Assembly (NCBI GenBank): GCA_002269645.1
Contig: NIVC01001059.1
Location: forward strand, 62,001 to 126,000
DNA length: 64,000 nt
Direction: 5' to 3'
DNA from: Macrostomum lignano
Lineage: Eukaryota
Shown: positions 50,301-63,140 of the stretch, in pieces
How positions within the stretch are numbered: the stretch's first letter is position 1
How the letters are laid out: every line of letters begins with the position of its first letter
Position numbers and translations under genes: made by a program
Notes under the pieces: generated by a model
Told to the model about the DNA's origin: nothing
The model's input: the letters and a program-made list of their open reading frames with translations, nothing else
Database searches by the model: none

Positions 50301-53300
50301 TGATTTGTGTGTAATTAACCTACTATTTGATACTCACGGATCGATGGATTCCAGCTTACCGTATGGCATGATTTGTGTGTAATTAACCTACTATTTGATA
50401 CCTCACGGATCGATGGATTCCAGCTTACCGTATGGCATGATTTGTGTGTAATTAACCTACTATTTGATACCTCACGGATCGATGGATTCCAGCTTACCGT
50501 ATGGCATGATTTGTGTGTAATTAACCTACTATTTGATACCTCACGGATCGATGGATTCCAGCTTACCGTATGGCATGATTTGTGTGTAATTAACCTACTA
50601 TTTGATACCTCACGGATCGATGGATTCCAGCTTACCGTATGGCATGATTTGTGTGTAATTAACCTACTATTTGATACCTCACGGATCGATGGATTCCAGC
50701 TTACCGTATGGCATGATTTGTGTGTAATTAACCTACTATTTGATACCTCACGGATCGATGGATTCCAGCTTACCGTATGGCATGATTTGTGTGTAATTAA
50801 CCTACTATTTGATACTCACGGATCGATGGATTCCAGCTTACCGTATGGCATGATTTGTGTGTAATTAACCTACTATTTGATACTCACGGATCGATGGATT
50901 CCAGCTTACCGTATGGCATGATTTGTGTGTAATTAACCTACTATTTGATACCTCACGGATCGATGGATTCCAGCTTACCGTATGGCATGATTTGTGTGTA
51001 ATTAACCTACTATTTGATACCTCACGGATCGATGGATTCCAGCTTACCGTATGGCATGATTTGTGTGTAATTAACCTACTATTTGATACTCACGGATCGA
51101 TGGATTCCAGCTTACCGTATGGCATGATTTGTGTGTAATTAACCTACTATTTGATACCTCACGGATCGATGGATTCCAGCTTACCGTATGGCATGATTTG
51201 TGTGTAATTAACCTACTATTTGATACCTCACGGATCGATGGATTCCAGCTTACCGTATGGCATGATTTGTGTGTAATTAACCTACTATTTGATACCTCAC
51301 GGATCGATGGATTCCAGCTTACCGTATGGCATGATTTGTGTGTAATTAACCTACTATTTGATACCTCACGGATCGATGGATTCCAGCTTACCGTATGGCA
51401 TGATTTGTGTGTAATTAACCTACTATTTGATACCTCACGGATCGATGGATTCCAGCTTACCGTATGGCATGATTTGTGTGTAATTAACCTACTATTTGAT
51501 ACCTCACGGATCGATGGATTCCAGCTTACCGTATGGCATGATTTGTGTGTAATTAACCTACTATTTGATAGCTCACGGATCGATGGATTCCAGCTTACCG
51601 TATGGCATGATTGTGTGTAATTAACCTACTATTTGATACCTCACGGATCGATGGATTCCAGCTTACCGTATGGCATGAATTTGTGTGTAATTAACCTACT
51701 ATTTGATACCTCACGGATCGATGGATTCCAGCTTACCGTATGGCATGATTGTGTGTAATTAACCTACTATTTGATACTCACGGATCGATGGATTCCAGCT
51801 TACCGTATGGCATGATTTGTGTGTAATTAACCTACTATTTGATACCTCACGGATCGATGGATTCCAGCTTACCGTATGGCATGATTGTGTGTAATTAACC
51901 TACTATTTGATACCTCACGGATCGATGGATTCCAGCTTACCGTATGGCATGATTTGTGTGTAATTAACCTACTATTTGATACCCTCACGGATCGATGGAT
52001 TCCAGCTTACCGTATGGCATGATTTGTGTGTAATTAACCTACTATTTGATACCTCACGGATCGATGGATTCCAGCTTACCGTATGGCATGATTTGTGTGT
52101 AATTAACCTACTATTTGATACTCACGGATCGATGGATTCCAGCTTACCGTATGGCATGATTTGTGTGTAATTAACCTACTATTTGATACCTCACGGATCG
52201 ATGGATTCCAGCTTACCGTATGGCATGATTTGTGTGTAATTAACCTACTATTTGATACTCACGGATCGATGGATTCCAGCTTACCGTATGGCATGATTTG
52301 TGTGTAATTAACCTACTATTTGATACTCACGGATCGATGGATTCCAGCTTACCGTATGGCATGATTGTGTGTAATTAACCTACTATTTGATACCTCACGG
52401 ATCGATGGATTCCAGCTTACCGTATGGCATGATTTGTGTGTAATTAACCTACTATTTGATACCTCACGGATCGATGGATTCCAGCTTACCGTATGGCATG
52501 ATTTGTGTGTAATTAACCTACTATTTGATACCTCACGGATCGATGGATTCCAGCTTACCGTATGGCATGATTTGTGTGTAATTAACCTACTATTTGATAC
52601 TCACGGATCGATGGATTCCAGCTTACCGTATGGCATGATTGTGTGTAATTAACCTACTATTTGATACCTCACGGATCGATGGATTCCAGCTTACCGTATG
52701 GCATGATTTGTGTGTAATTAACCTACTATTTGATACCTCACGGATCGATGGATTCCAGCTTACCGTATGGCATGATTTGTGTGTAATTAACCTACTATTT
52801 GATACTCACGGATCGATGGATTCCAGCTTACCGTATGGCATGATTTGTGTGTAATTAACCTACTATTTGATACCTCACGGATCGATGGATTCCAGCTTAC
52901 CGTATGGCATGATTTGTGTGTAATTAACCTACTATTTGATACCCTCACGGATCGATGGATTCCAGCTTACCGTATGGCATGATTTGTGTGTAATTAACCT
53001 ACTATTTGATACCTCACGGATCGATGGATTCCAGCTTACCGTATGGCATGATTTGTGTGTAATTAACCTACTATTTGATACCCTCACGGATCGATGGATT
53101 CCAGCTTACCGTATGGCATGATTTGTGTGTAATTAACCTACTATTTGATACCCTCACGGATCGATGGATTCCAGCTTACCGTATGGCATGATTTGTGTGT
53201 AATTAACCTACTATTTGATACCTCACGGATCGATGGATTCCAGCTTACCGTATGGCATGATTTGTGTGTAATTAACCTACTATTTGATACCTCACGGATC

Positions 53301-56300
53301 GATGGATTCCAGCTTACCGTATGGCATGATTTGTGTGTAATTAACCTACTATTTGATACCCTCACGGATCGATGGATTCCAGCTTACCGTATGGCATGAT
53401 TTGTGTGTAATTAACCTACTATTTGATACCCTCACGGATCGATGGATTCCAGCTTACCGTATGGCATGATTTGTGTGTAATTAACCTACTATTTGATACC
53501 TCACGGATCGATGGATTCCAGCTTACCGTATGGCATGATTTGTGTGTAATTAACCTACTATTTGATACCTCACGGATCGATGGATTCCAGCTTACCGTAT
53601 GGCATGATTTGTGTGTAATTAACCTACTATTTGATACCCTCACGGATCGATGGATTCCAGCTTACCGTATGGCATGATTTGTGTGTAATTAACCTACTAT
53701 TTGATACCCTCACGGATCGATGGATTCCAGCTTACCGTATGGCATGATTTGTGTGTAATTAACCTACTATTTGATACCCTCACGGATCGATGGATTCCAG
53801 CTTACCGTATGGCATGATTTGTGTGTAATTAACCTACTATTTGATACCCTCACGGATCGATGGATTCCAGCTTACCGTATGGCATGATTTGTGTGTAATT
53901 AACCTACTATTTGATACCCTCACGGATCGATGGATTCCAGCTTACCGTATGGCATGATTTGTGTGTAATTAACCTACTATTTGATACCCTCACGGATCGA
54001 TGGATTCCAGCTTACCGTATGGCATGATTTGTGTGTAATTAACCTACTATTTGATACCCTCACGGATCGATGGATTCCAGCTTACCGTATGGCATGATTT
54101 GTGTGTAATTAACCTACTATTTGATACCCTCACGGATCGATGGATTCCAGCTTACCGTATGGCATGATTTGTGTGTAATTAACCTACTATTTGATACCCT
54201 CACGGATCGATGGATTCCAGCTTACCGTATGGCATGATTTGTGTGTAATTAACCTACTATTTGATACCTCACGGATCGATGGATTCCAGCTTACCGTATG
54301 GCATGATTTGTGTGTAATTAACCTACTATTTGATACCTCACGGATCGATGGATTCCAGCTTACCGTATGGCATGATTTGTGTGTAATTAACCTACTATTT
54401 GATACCTCACGGATCGATGGATTCCAGCTTACCGTATGGCATGATTTGTGTGTAATTAACCTACTATTTGATACCTCACGGATCGATGGATTCCAGCTTA
54501 CCGTATGGCATGATTTGTGTGTAATTAACCTACTATTTGATACCTCACGGATCGATGGATTCCAGCTTACCGTATGGCATGATTTGTGTGTAATTAACCT
54601 ACTATTTGATACCCTCACGGATCGATGGATTCCAGCTTACCGTATGGCATGATTTGTGTGTAATTAACCTACTATTTGATACCCTCACGGATCGATGGAT
54701 TCCAGCTTACCGTATGGCATGATTTGTGTGTAATTAACCTACTATTTGATACCCTCACGGATCGATGGATTCCAGCTTACCGTATGGCATGATTTGTGTG
54801 TAATTAACCTACTATTTGATACCCTCACGGATCGATGGATTCCAGCTTACCGTATGGCATGATTTGTGTGTAATTAACCTACTATTTGATACCCTCACGG
54901 ATCGATGGATTCCAGCTTACCGTATGGCATGATTTGTGTGTAATTAACCTACTATTTGATACCTCACGGATCGATGGATTCCAGCTTACCGTATGGCATG
55001 ATTGTGTGTAATTAACCTACTATTTGATACCCTCACGGATCGATGGATTCCAGCTTACCGTATGGCATGATTTGTGTGTAATTAACCTACTATTTGATAC
55101 CCTCACGGATCGATGGATTCCAGCTTACCGTATGGCATGATTTGTGTGTAATTAACCTACTATTTGATACCTCACGGATCGATGGATTCCAGCTTACCGT
55201 ATGGCATGATTTGTGTGTAATTAACCTACTATTTGATACCTCACGGATCGATGGATTCCAGCTTACCGTATGGCATGATTTGTGTGTAATTAACCTACTA
55301 TTTGATACCCTCACGGATCGATGGATTCCAGCTTACCGTATGGCATGATTTGTGTGTAATTAACCTACTATTTGATACCCTCACGGATCGATGGATTCCA
55401 GCTTACCGTATGGCATGATTTGTGTGTAATTAACCTACTATTTGATACCCTCACGGATCGATGGATTCCAGCTTACCGTATGGCATGATTTGTGTGTAAT
55501 TAACCTACTATTTGATACCCTCACGGATCGATGGATTCCAGCTTACCGTATGGCATGAATTGTGTGTAATTAACCTACTATTTGATACCTCACGGATCGA
55601 TGGATTCCAGCTTACCGTATGGCATGATTTGTGTGTAATTAACCTACTATTTGATACCCTCACGGATCGATGGATTCCAGCTTACCGTATGGCATGATTT
55701 GTGTGTAATTAACCTACTATTTGATACCCTCACGGATCGATGGATTCCAGCTTACCGTATGGCATGATTTGTGTGTAATTAACCTACTATTTGATACCCT
55801 CACGGATCGATGGATTCCAGCTTACCGTATGGCATGAATTTGTGTGTAATTAACCTACTATTTGATACCCTCACGGATCGATGGATTCCAGCTTACCGTA
55901 TGGCATGATTGTGTGTAATTAACCTACTATTTGATACTCACGGATCGATGGATTCCAGCTTACCGTATGGCATGATTTGTGTAATTAACCTACTATTTGA
56001 TACCCTCACGGATCGATGGATTCCAGCTTACCGTATGGCATGATTTGTGTGTAATTAACCTACTATTTGATACCTCACGGATCGATGGATTCCAGCTTAC
56101 CGTATGGCATGATTTGTGTGTAATTAACCTACTATTTGATACCTCACGGATCGATGGATTCCAGCTTACCGTATGGCATGATTTGTGTGTAATTAACCTA
56201 CTATTTGATACCTCACGGATCGATGGATTCCAGCTTACCGTATGGCATGATTTGTGTGTAATTAACCTACTATTTGATACCTCACGGATCGATGGATTCC

Positions 56301-59300
56301 AGCTTACCGTATGGCATGATTTGTGTGTAATTAACCTACTATTTGATACCCTCACGGATCGATGGATTCCAGCTTACCGTATGGCATGATTTGTGTGTAA
56401 TTAACCTACTATTTGATACCTCACGGATCGATGGATTCCAGCTTACCGTATGGCATGATTTGTGTGTAATTAACCTACTATTTGATAAGCTCACGGATCG
56501 ATGGATTCCAGCTTACCGTATGGCATGATTGTGTGTAATTAACCTACTATTTGATACCTCACGGATCGATGGATTCCAGCTTACCGTATGGCATGATTTG
56601 TGTGTAATTAACCTACTATTTGATACCTCACGGATCGATGGATTCCAGCTTACCGTATGGCATGATTGTGTGTAATTAACCTACTATTTGATACCTCACG
56701 GATCGATGGATTCCAGCTTACCGTATGGCATGAGTGTGTGAATCCGCAGTTTGCCTTGGCAATTCCGTTCCTCACTGCGCTTAAGAATTTGCTGCTGAGA
56801 GTCGCCAACAGTGGAAACTATGAGCCCTTGACGGTGATCGAACTGAGCCAGGTCCGTTGGCTGAGGGGTTTGAAATGGTTATTTAAGAAGAACCCGTCGG
56901 TTTAACTTGTTGGCAGAAATTCAACATTGACTTACGATCGACCTTCTTGAAGCCCTCTCCTCCCAGTTGATCTCAACGTTTCGCGACAGCAGATCCCGGA
57001 TCTTGTCTGCAATTGGTTGTTCAGTTATACAGTCCGTTGTTGGTCATTACCAGAATGAGTAGAAAACCGAGCACTTACTGGTATATTTCGCCTTCATCGA
57101 AACCTTGTTAACTTTTCCAACTCTGCAGGTGGCAGAGATGATGTCATCTACGAACTGCGGCTCGACCAGCTCGCTGAATGTGCTTGTCTTGAAGCTGTGG
57201 ATGCCGTGCGGCACCGTTGCAATGCTGTCGAGCTGCTTTGCCTGGATGTCATCGCCAACTCCGACGGTGATGATTCGGCAGCCCAAGGCTTTGACCTTCG
57301 CGGCCTCCTTGATCGGGTCGACCTTGCTGTTGGAGGCTCCGTCGGTAACCAGAATGACGACACTCTCGGCGCCCTTGCTCTCGCCACCCCGATAGCCATT
57401 GACCTTGTTGAGCAGAAAGCGGCGGAAGGCCTTGATGGCGTCTCCGGTGTAGGTGGAGCCTGGAGAATATTCCATCTCCATCACTCGAGTGGTCATGGAG
57501 TCCAGGTGGTAGTGGGCGACGTAGTTGAAGATCACCTTCATTCTCTGCACGCTGGAGAACTTGAGCAGAGCCACGTGCGTGTTGTCGCGAGAAACGTCCA
57601 GCTTCTTTGCTACGGCAACAATGAAGCGCCGAATGTGCTCGAAGTTCCTGCCGCGAACGGAGTCAGAGGAGTCGATTAGGAAAGCGACGTCCATGCGCTT
57701 GCTGCAGGTGCGCTTGCACTTGGCTGATCCCGTCCACAGAATGTCATCGCACTGGTTGCGGCTGTTGACTCGCTGGGTGTACACCTTGATTGGCACAATC
57801 TTGCCATTGCAATGGCCAGTTTCCACCGCCGGCTTGGGGCAAGAGCAGCGGATCTCCTTGGTGCGTCTGCGTTGGATGCAGCCGCGAGTGAGGCGGTTGA
57901 ACTCGTAGAAGGTCTCATACATGATCTTGAAGTTGTTCACACACGGCAGGTATTTGCGGGTGGGCTTTGGGCAGGCTGAAATGCATTCATCAGTGATAGT
58001 TTTTTCATTCGACAAGACGGAATGCCATAAATTGTTTAAAAACTTACCGCATCTCGCAGTCTTAGTCTTAGTCACTGCTTTGCAATGACCGCCAGATTCG
58101 CCACCACTGATCAGCTTGTACTGCAGAATGGTGGTCTTCCTGTACTGGTTCTCGCATTTGCCAATGGTTTTCTTCGGACCGGGGCAGCCACAGCGGACTC
58201 TACTGTCCTTGGAGGAGCTTTCGCAAATGCCCTTCTTTTTATTTAACTTGAAGTAGGTAGTCGTAATTTTTTTAAACATTTTTTCGCACGGACCCGCCTT
58301 TGTGTCCGGCTTCGGACACGCGCAGCGCACCTTCTTAAAGTCCTGCTTCACAACCTTCTTGCAGCCGTAGCCCTTGGGCACGTACTCAACCCGGTGGATG
58401 GATTTGTAGTTGCCGACGCAGTCGCCATTGATTAAATACGGGTGCGGGCACACTGCAATTTCGGGCAATACAGAGTTAAGCAAGCTGGGTTATTAGCTTG
58501 AGTAATCCATCTAAGACACTCACGTGGCCTCTCGCAGTGGAAGGTGAGAACTCGGGCAACCAGGCCGTGGATGTCCTGGAACTCGCGCAGGCCGAAGATG
58601 AACACGCGGCCCTCGGGTCCGGCCAGCTTGGCCAGCTGGGCCCTGTTCTGCTTGGACTGCTCGCCGATGGCGATCGTGACGAAGAAAACGCCAGACCGCC
58701 TGACCAGCTTGGACTCGTAGAACTGGTCAACCTCGCCGTTGGATTCGGCACCGTCCGTGAGCAGGATGGTGACGTGGGGCACGTCCTCTCGCATGCCGGC
58801 GTGCTTCTGCCACATCTTGGTGCGCACCTCGTGCAGCGCCTCGCCGAGGAAGGTGAGACCGGGCTCGTACTGCATGGCCTCGATCTTCTTCAGGATCTCC
58901 TCGTGCGAGTTGTGCTCCCAGCTGTCCAGGTCCATGACAATCTTGTTCTTGTGGCTAAAGCGCATCACGCCGATTCGCTGGCGCTCACCGTTCTTCATAT
59001 AGAACTGCTGGACAACGTCGCGAACGAAGTTTTTCATGATGTAGAAGTTGTGCTCGGTCACGGTCAGGGACGAGTCCAGCATGAAGATCACGTCGGCCTT
59101 CTGAATGCAGACTGAGAAGTTTGAGAGAGTTTACCTTAGATGGATTCTTGCTTGAAAGTTGAAAGGAGAAAAGGTGCGCTTATTTTCTAGCATAGCCTTG
59201 CATCCGCGCCAGTTACTCACTGGGAACGTTCGGGCAGTCACTGGGGTGCACGCATTTGCCCTTGTGCAGCAGGAAGTACGGCCGGCACTCGCACTGCGGC

Positions 59301-62300
59301 CGTCGCTCCTTGGGGCACTTGCTGAACAGCACGGGCTCGTTGCAGGTCCTGGGCAGCCGGAGCCGCGCACTCGGAAATACTGGTGCCCGGGGCAGGGCGT
59401 GGGTTCGTTGCACTTTCCCTTGTAGTAGTACTTCTTGCCGGTGCACACTGCGGGTAGGCAATGCGGCAGAAAGAAATTGGTCGGGCTTCAAATATTTGCC
59501 CGAATTCCACTTGTGTGGATATGAGCTCCACTATTCATTCAATCTGAAAAAGAGGATCTGACACTACTGGGAAGAACCAGTTTGATTCGGATCCTTACTC
59601 TTCACGCAGCGGCCATCCTTGGTCTTCTTGAAGCCGGGGTCGCAGCCGACTTTGTAACATTTTCGGTCAGAGCGCAGCTTGTAGCCCTTGGGGCACTTTA
59701 TGGCTGAAATTCGAGACGTGAAATCCTCGTGAGCGCTCATAGCTAATCCCAGCTGAGTCTCACCACCTGCACTGGGCCTGCCTGCCTACCTTTCTTGCAG
59801 ATGTCTCGGAACAGGATCTGGCCTGGAGGGCAGTACTTGCGCACCTTCGGCATGCATTTGCCATCGAAGAATTCCGTTTTGGGCGGACAGTCGACTGAAT
59901 GTTTTTTGTTGCAATGGGCGGAGGAATTGAGTAGGGAATGGAAAAACTGATTGGCATGGATGCGAAGTCAGGCAATCAATTTAATTGAATTCAGTTTAAT
60001 GCAACAGAATATTTTAACTGCAGTGTTCTGCGAAAAAGGAATGCAATGATAAATAAAATCTCTGCTTTGCACTGCACTGTGGCAACAAGGCGGATTAAGC
60101 TGGGCTACATTTGCTTGAATTGAAAGCAAAGCAGATGCTGGAACTGCACTGTGAACAATGGAGTAGCAAAAGGTAGGATTTCGTTTTAGGATACGGCTGC
60201 GAGGGGAGATCAATTCGCCTCACCTTTTCTGCAGGTGCAGGTGGCTTTGTTCAGCGCCAGGCCCTTGCGGCAGCGCATTTTGCATTCGCACCGGCAGTCG
60301 CTCTTCTGGTCAAAGTTTCGGCCCGGGCACTTCTTCTTGCACTCTACAAGTCAATTAGACAGCTTTGGTGGAGCACTGGAGCTTGTTTCAGTCAAGGGGA
60401 TTGGGGATTAACTTCTTGCGCAAGGCAAGGCTTTGGAACTCAATATTTACCACAGGCACAGAGCTTAGCGTTGAGTTTCTTTTCTCCTTTGCAGGATTTC
60501 TTGCAGACCTTGGCCTTCTTGGGCTTCGAGGGCACGTGTCGGGGCACGCAGACGCAGCCCTTGACGAGGATCTCCGACTCCTTGCAGCTCTTCTTGCAGT
60601 CATCGCTGACGGACACATTGGGGACGCACTTGCACGGGACCACCAGCATAAAGCCCTTGGGGCATTTCAGGCTGCACTTGGGTTTCACTGGAATTGAGGG
60701 AGCAAAATTCATACTGCCCATGCTGCTCAAAGCAAAATACGCGCTGCTCAGTGCTCTAACGACGCTTCTGACTCACATGGGACGCACTCTCGGGCGATCA
60801 TCTGCAGTCCCTTGCCGCAGGACTTGAAGTCTTTAACTGAGGCAGCCTTGCCGCCTTCGCACAGGATGTCGGTGATAACCTTGCCGACTTTGCCGAGGTC
60901 TTCGAAATCGTTGACAACCGTGACGTACTTCTTATTGCTGGCCAGCTTCTCCAGGGCGCTCCTGGAGATGCCGGTGCCGATGCCGAGCGCCAAGACGGAG
61001 GCGCCCATCTTGCGCAGCTTGTTGGACTCAGCAACGGGGTTGGCGCGGCCGTTGGCGCGACCGTCGGTAAGAAGCACCACTACCGGCTTGGCCTCGGAGC
61101 GGTGGCCGTTCGCCTTCTGGAAGCCCTGCTCGCGGATCAGCTGGAAAGCCTCGCCGGTGACGGTCTTGCCGGATTTGTACCTGAATTTTGCCAGGTAGTT
61201 CGTGTGCGACCAATTCGGCATGGGTGAAGTACTGGGAAGCTGAATGAGCAACTTTTCCATTTTCAGAGGGTCGCTAATCAAACTCTAACAGCTTCTTAGT
61301 TTACAGCTCAAAAAGCAGACGGTAACCTAGTTGTAGCTTCTCATGTTGCGAGCGTGCATTGCAAGCGCTCGGGCATCTGCCCTCTTTTGTACTAAGGTGT
61401 CTGTCTGCTTGTGGTGATAGGCAGGAGGCACAGCTAGACTCAGAGGCTTACTCAAGGTCGTGCAGCAGGAACTGCAGGATGGCGTTGCGTTCCGCGGGCT
61501 TTCTCATGGAGTAGTCCTTCAGCTTGATGACCATGTCCGCCTTGTCCGAGAAGATCACGACGCCGAAGCGGAAGTTGCTGGATTTGCGCAGCAGTTTGGA
61601 GACGATCTCGTGAATGAATTTCGTCACCAGAGCGAAGTTCCTCCGGCCGACGGAGTGGGACGAGTCCAGTGCGAAGAAAATGTCCGCCTTTTGGCTGCAG
61701 CCTGGATTGCGTGGTGGGGCCGGCGTGATTGTTCTGGGATTTGCAGCAGAGTTCAAAGCGAAAGCCGGCAAGCAGGCAGACAGTCGGACCGGGCCCGGGG
61801 CTTGGGGCTTTCCCAGGGATTGACTGGCCAGGAGGCAATGCCAGAAAGATTAAAAGCAGGCTTTGGCGACGATGCAGAAGCAAGGAAGAATTCCCAAAAG
61901 GTTTTTAATTTGTTGTTTATAATGTACTGTTTTAGGTTGAAAATATCGTTTGGGTCGCAGTAGTGCTTGTATTAAGTCTTGTTTACACTTTTGTCAACAG
62001 ATGTTTCCTTTAGCGTAGAGGCCTGAACTACTTGCAGTAGTGTGGTTCAAAGATGAATTTAAATTAACGAATTACTACGAGAAATTCTAGGCAGTGCATG
62101 TACCGAGTTTTTTTACATAATTTTGCGAAACTTACGTAATGCTGAATTTTTTTTGCAAAAACAAGTTGAAGATGCATTGTTAGAGACAGTCAATAATTTT
62201 GGGGTTTCACATCGCACAGACAGACAGGTAGGTGCCTAGCACATTGTCTATGGCTCTGATGGACAGGTAGGTGCCTCGCACACTGTCTATGGCTTTGATG

Positions 62301-63140
62301 AACAGGTAGGTGCCTCGCACACTGTCTATGGCTTTGATGAACAGGTAGGTGCCTCGCACACTGTCTATGGATCTGATGGACAGGTAGGTGCCTCGCACAC
62401 TGTCTATGGCTCTGATAGACAGGTAGGTGCCTCGCACACTGTCTATGGCTCTGATGGACAGGTAGGTGCCTCGCACACTGTCTATGGCTCTGATGGACAG
62501 GTAGGTGCCTCGCACACTGTCTATGGCTCTGATGGACAGGTAGTGTCTAGCATACTGTCTATGGCTCTGATGGACAGGTAGGTGCCTCGCACACTGTCTA
62601 TGGCTCTGATGGACAGGTAGCAGTTTAAACGTCCCTGCATTGGAAATTGTTAGTTGAATCCTGAGTCCTTTCAGCGGCTCCCTGAGGCGAACTCATAGAT
62701 ACGAGCTAAGCGTACAAGGATAGGAAAAGCGGAAGCGACAAGCGGAGCATGCAACCAGGTTGGAACGCTGCAGCGCAGTTGCAGAACGGTCATTGAAAGC
62801 AATAGCAAATTTCTGCACAAATAAAAATATCGGTACTTACTTTTACCTGAGAATTGAGGTGTATGCACGTAGTTAGGCGTGTTAGAAGTGTGTCAATAGT
62901 CAGGTTAATTAGTCAAAATGGCAAAAACCAAGGCGTGACTGAGAAGGGCCACTGACTCAATTTCTGTTCTAGTGCAGACTTTGTGAGGCTGTAGGCCTTC
63001 GGAAAGCCGAGTGGCTACTCACCATCCTTGCTGATCTCAGTCAGCGTGCTGAGCACATCGCTGTCAGCGGCTGCAACATTGCCTTGGAGCACCAGCGGCA
63101 GCAGCAGCAGCGCCGGGAACAGTGACATCAGGCGCCGCAT
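35363..63140 (-). CDS. Predicted secreted multi-vWA, Cys-rich protein with Lys/Glu tail (~1470 aa; exons 63023-63140, 61452-61701, 60777-61231, 60451-60687, 60224-60343, 59790-59894, 59599-59703, 59221-59447, 58524-59111, 58048-58452, 57079-57975, 56936-57006, 56776-56860, 35363-36111)
   Basis: Signal peptide MRRLMSLFPALLLLPLVLQGNVAA; three vWA domains (DSSHS, DSSLT, DSSDS, each with a later T and TDG); CXCXC repeats; TIL-like domain; five 4-Cys repeats. All introns are GT-AG with compatible phases. One 1-bp deficit at 59351-59353 must be restored. The link to the 35363-36111 exon is inferred from phase. Confidence 0.75.
35372..35660 (-). repeat. Coding 9-bp repeat (EKK/GEK/GKK tripeptides)
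   Basis: CT-rich 9-bp units on the + strand, in frame with a non-repetitive helical region on the - strand. Confidence 0.85.
36204..56733. repeat. 70-bp tandem satellite array, ~295 copies, 20.5 kb
   Basis: Unit AACCTACTATTTGATACCCTCACGGATCGATGGATTCCAGCTTACCGTATGGCATGATTTGTGTGTAATT; head-to-tail with no spacers. Confidence 0.99.
57079..61701 (-). CDS. Core vWA / Cys-rich exons of the secreted protein (high-confidence portion)
   Basis: vWA folds recognisable directly, e.g. KADIFFALDSSHSVGRRNFALVTKFI, KADVIFMLDSSLTVTEHNF and KRMDVAFLIDSSDSVRGRNFEHIRRFI, each followed by VVLLTDG-like strands. Confidence 0.92.
62208..62622. repeat. 39-bp minisatellite in the first intron region of the vWA gene, ~10 copies
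   Basis: Unit GACAGGTAGGTGCCTCGCACACTGTCTATGGCTCTGATG. Confidence 0.93.

Noticed and set aside
36204-56733. CRISPR array interpretation of the 70-bp repeats
   Set aside because: Units are head-to-tail with no unique spacers, no cas genes are present and the context is eukaryotic.
37563-56905. Dozens of short ORFs (MCVINLLFDTSRIDGFQ...) in the array
   Set aside because: They arise only where 69-bp variants keep a frame open; they are repeat translations.
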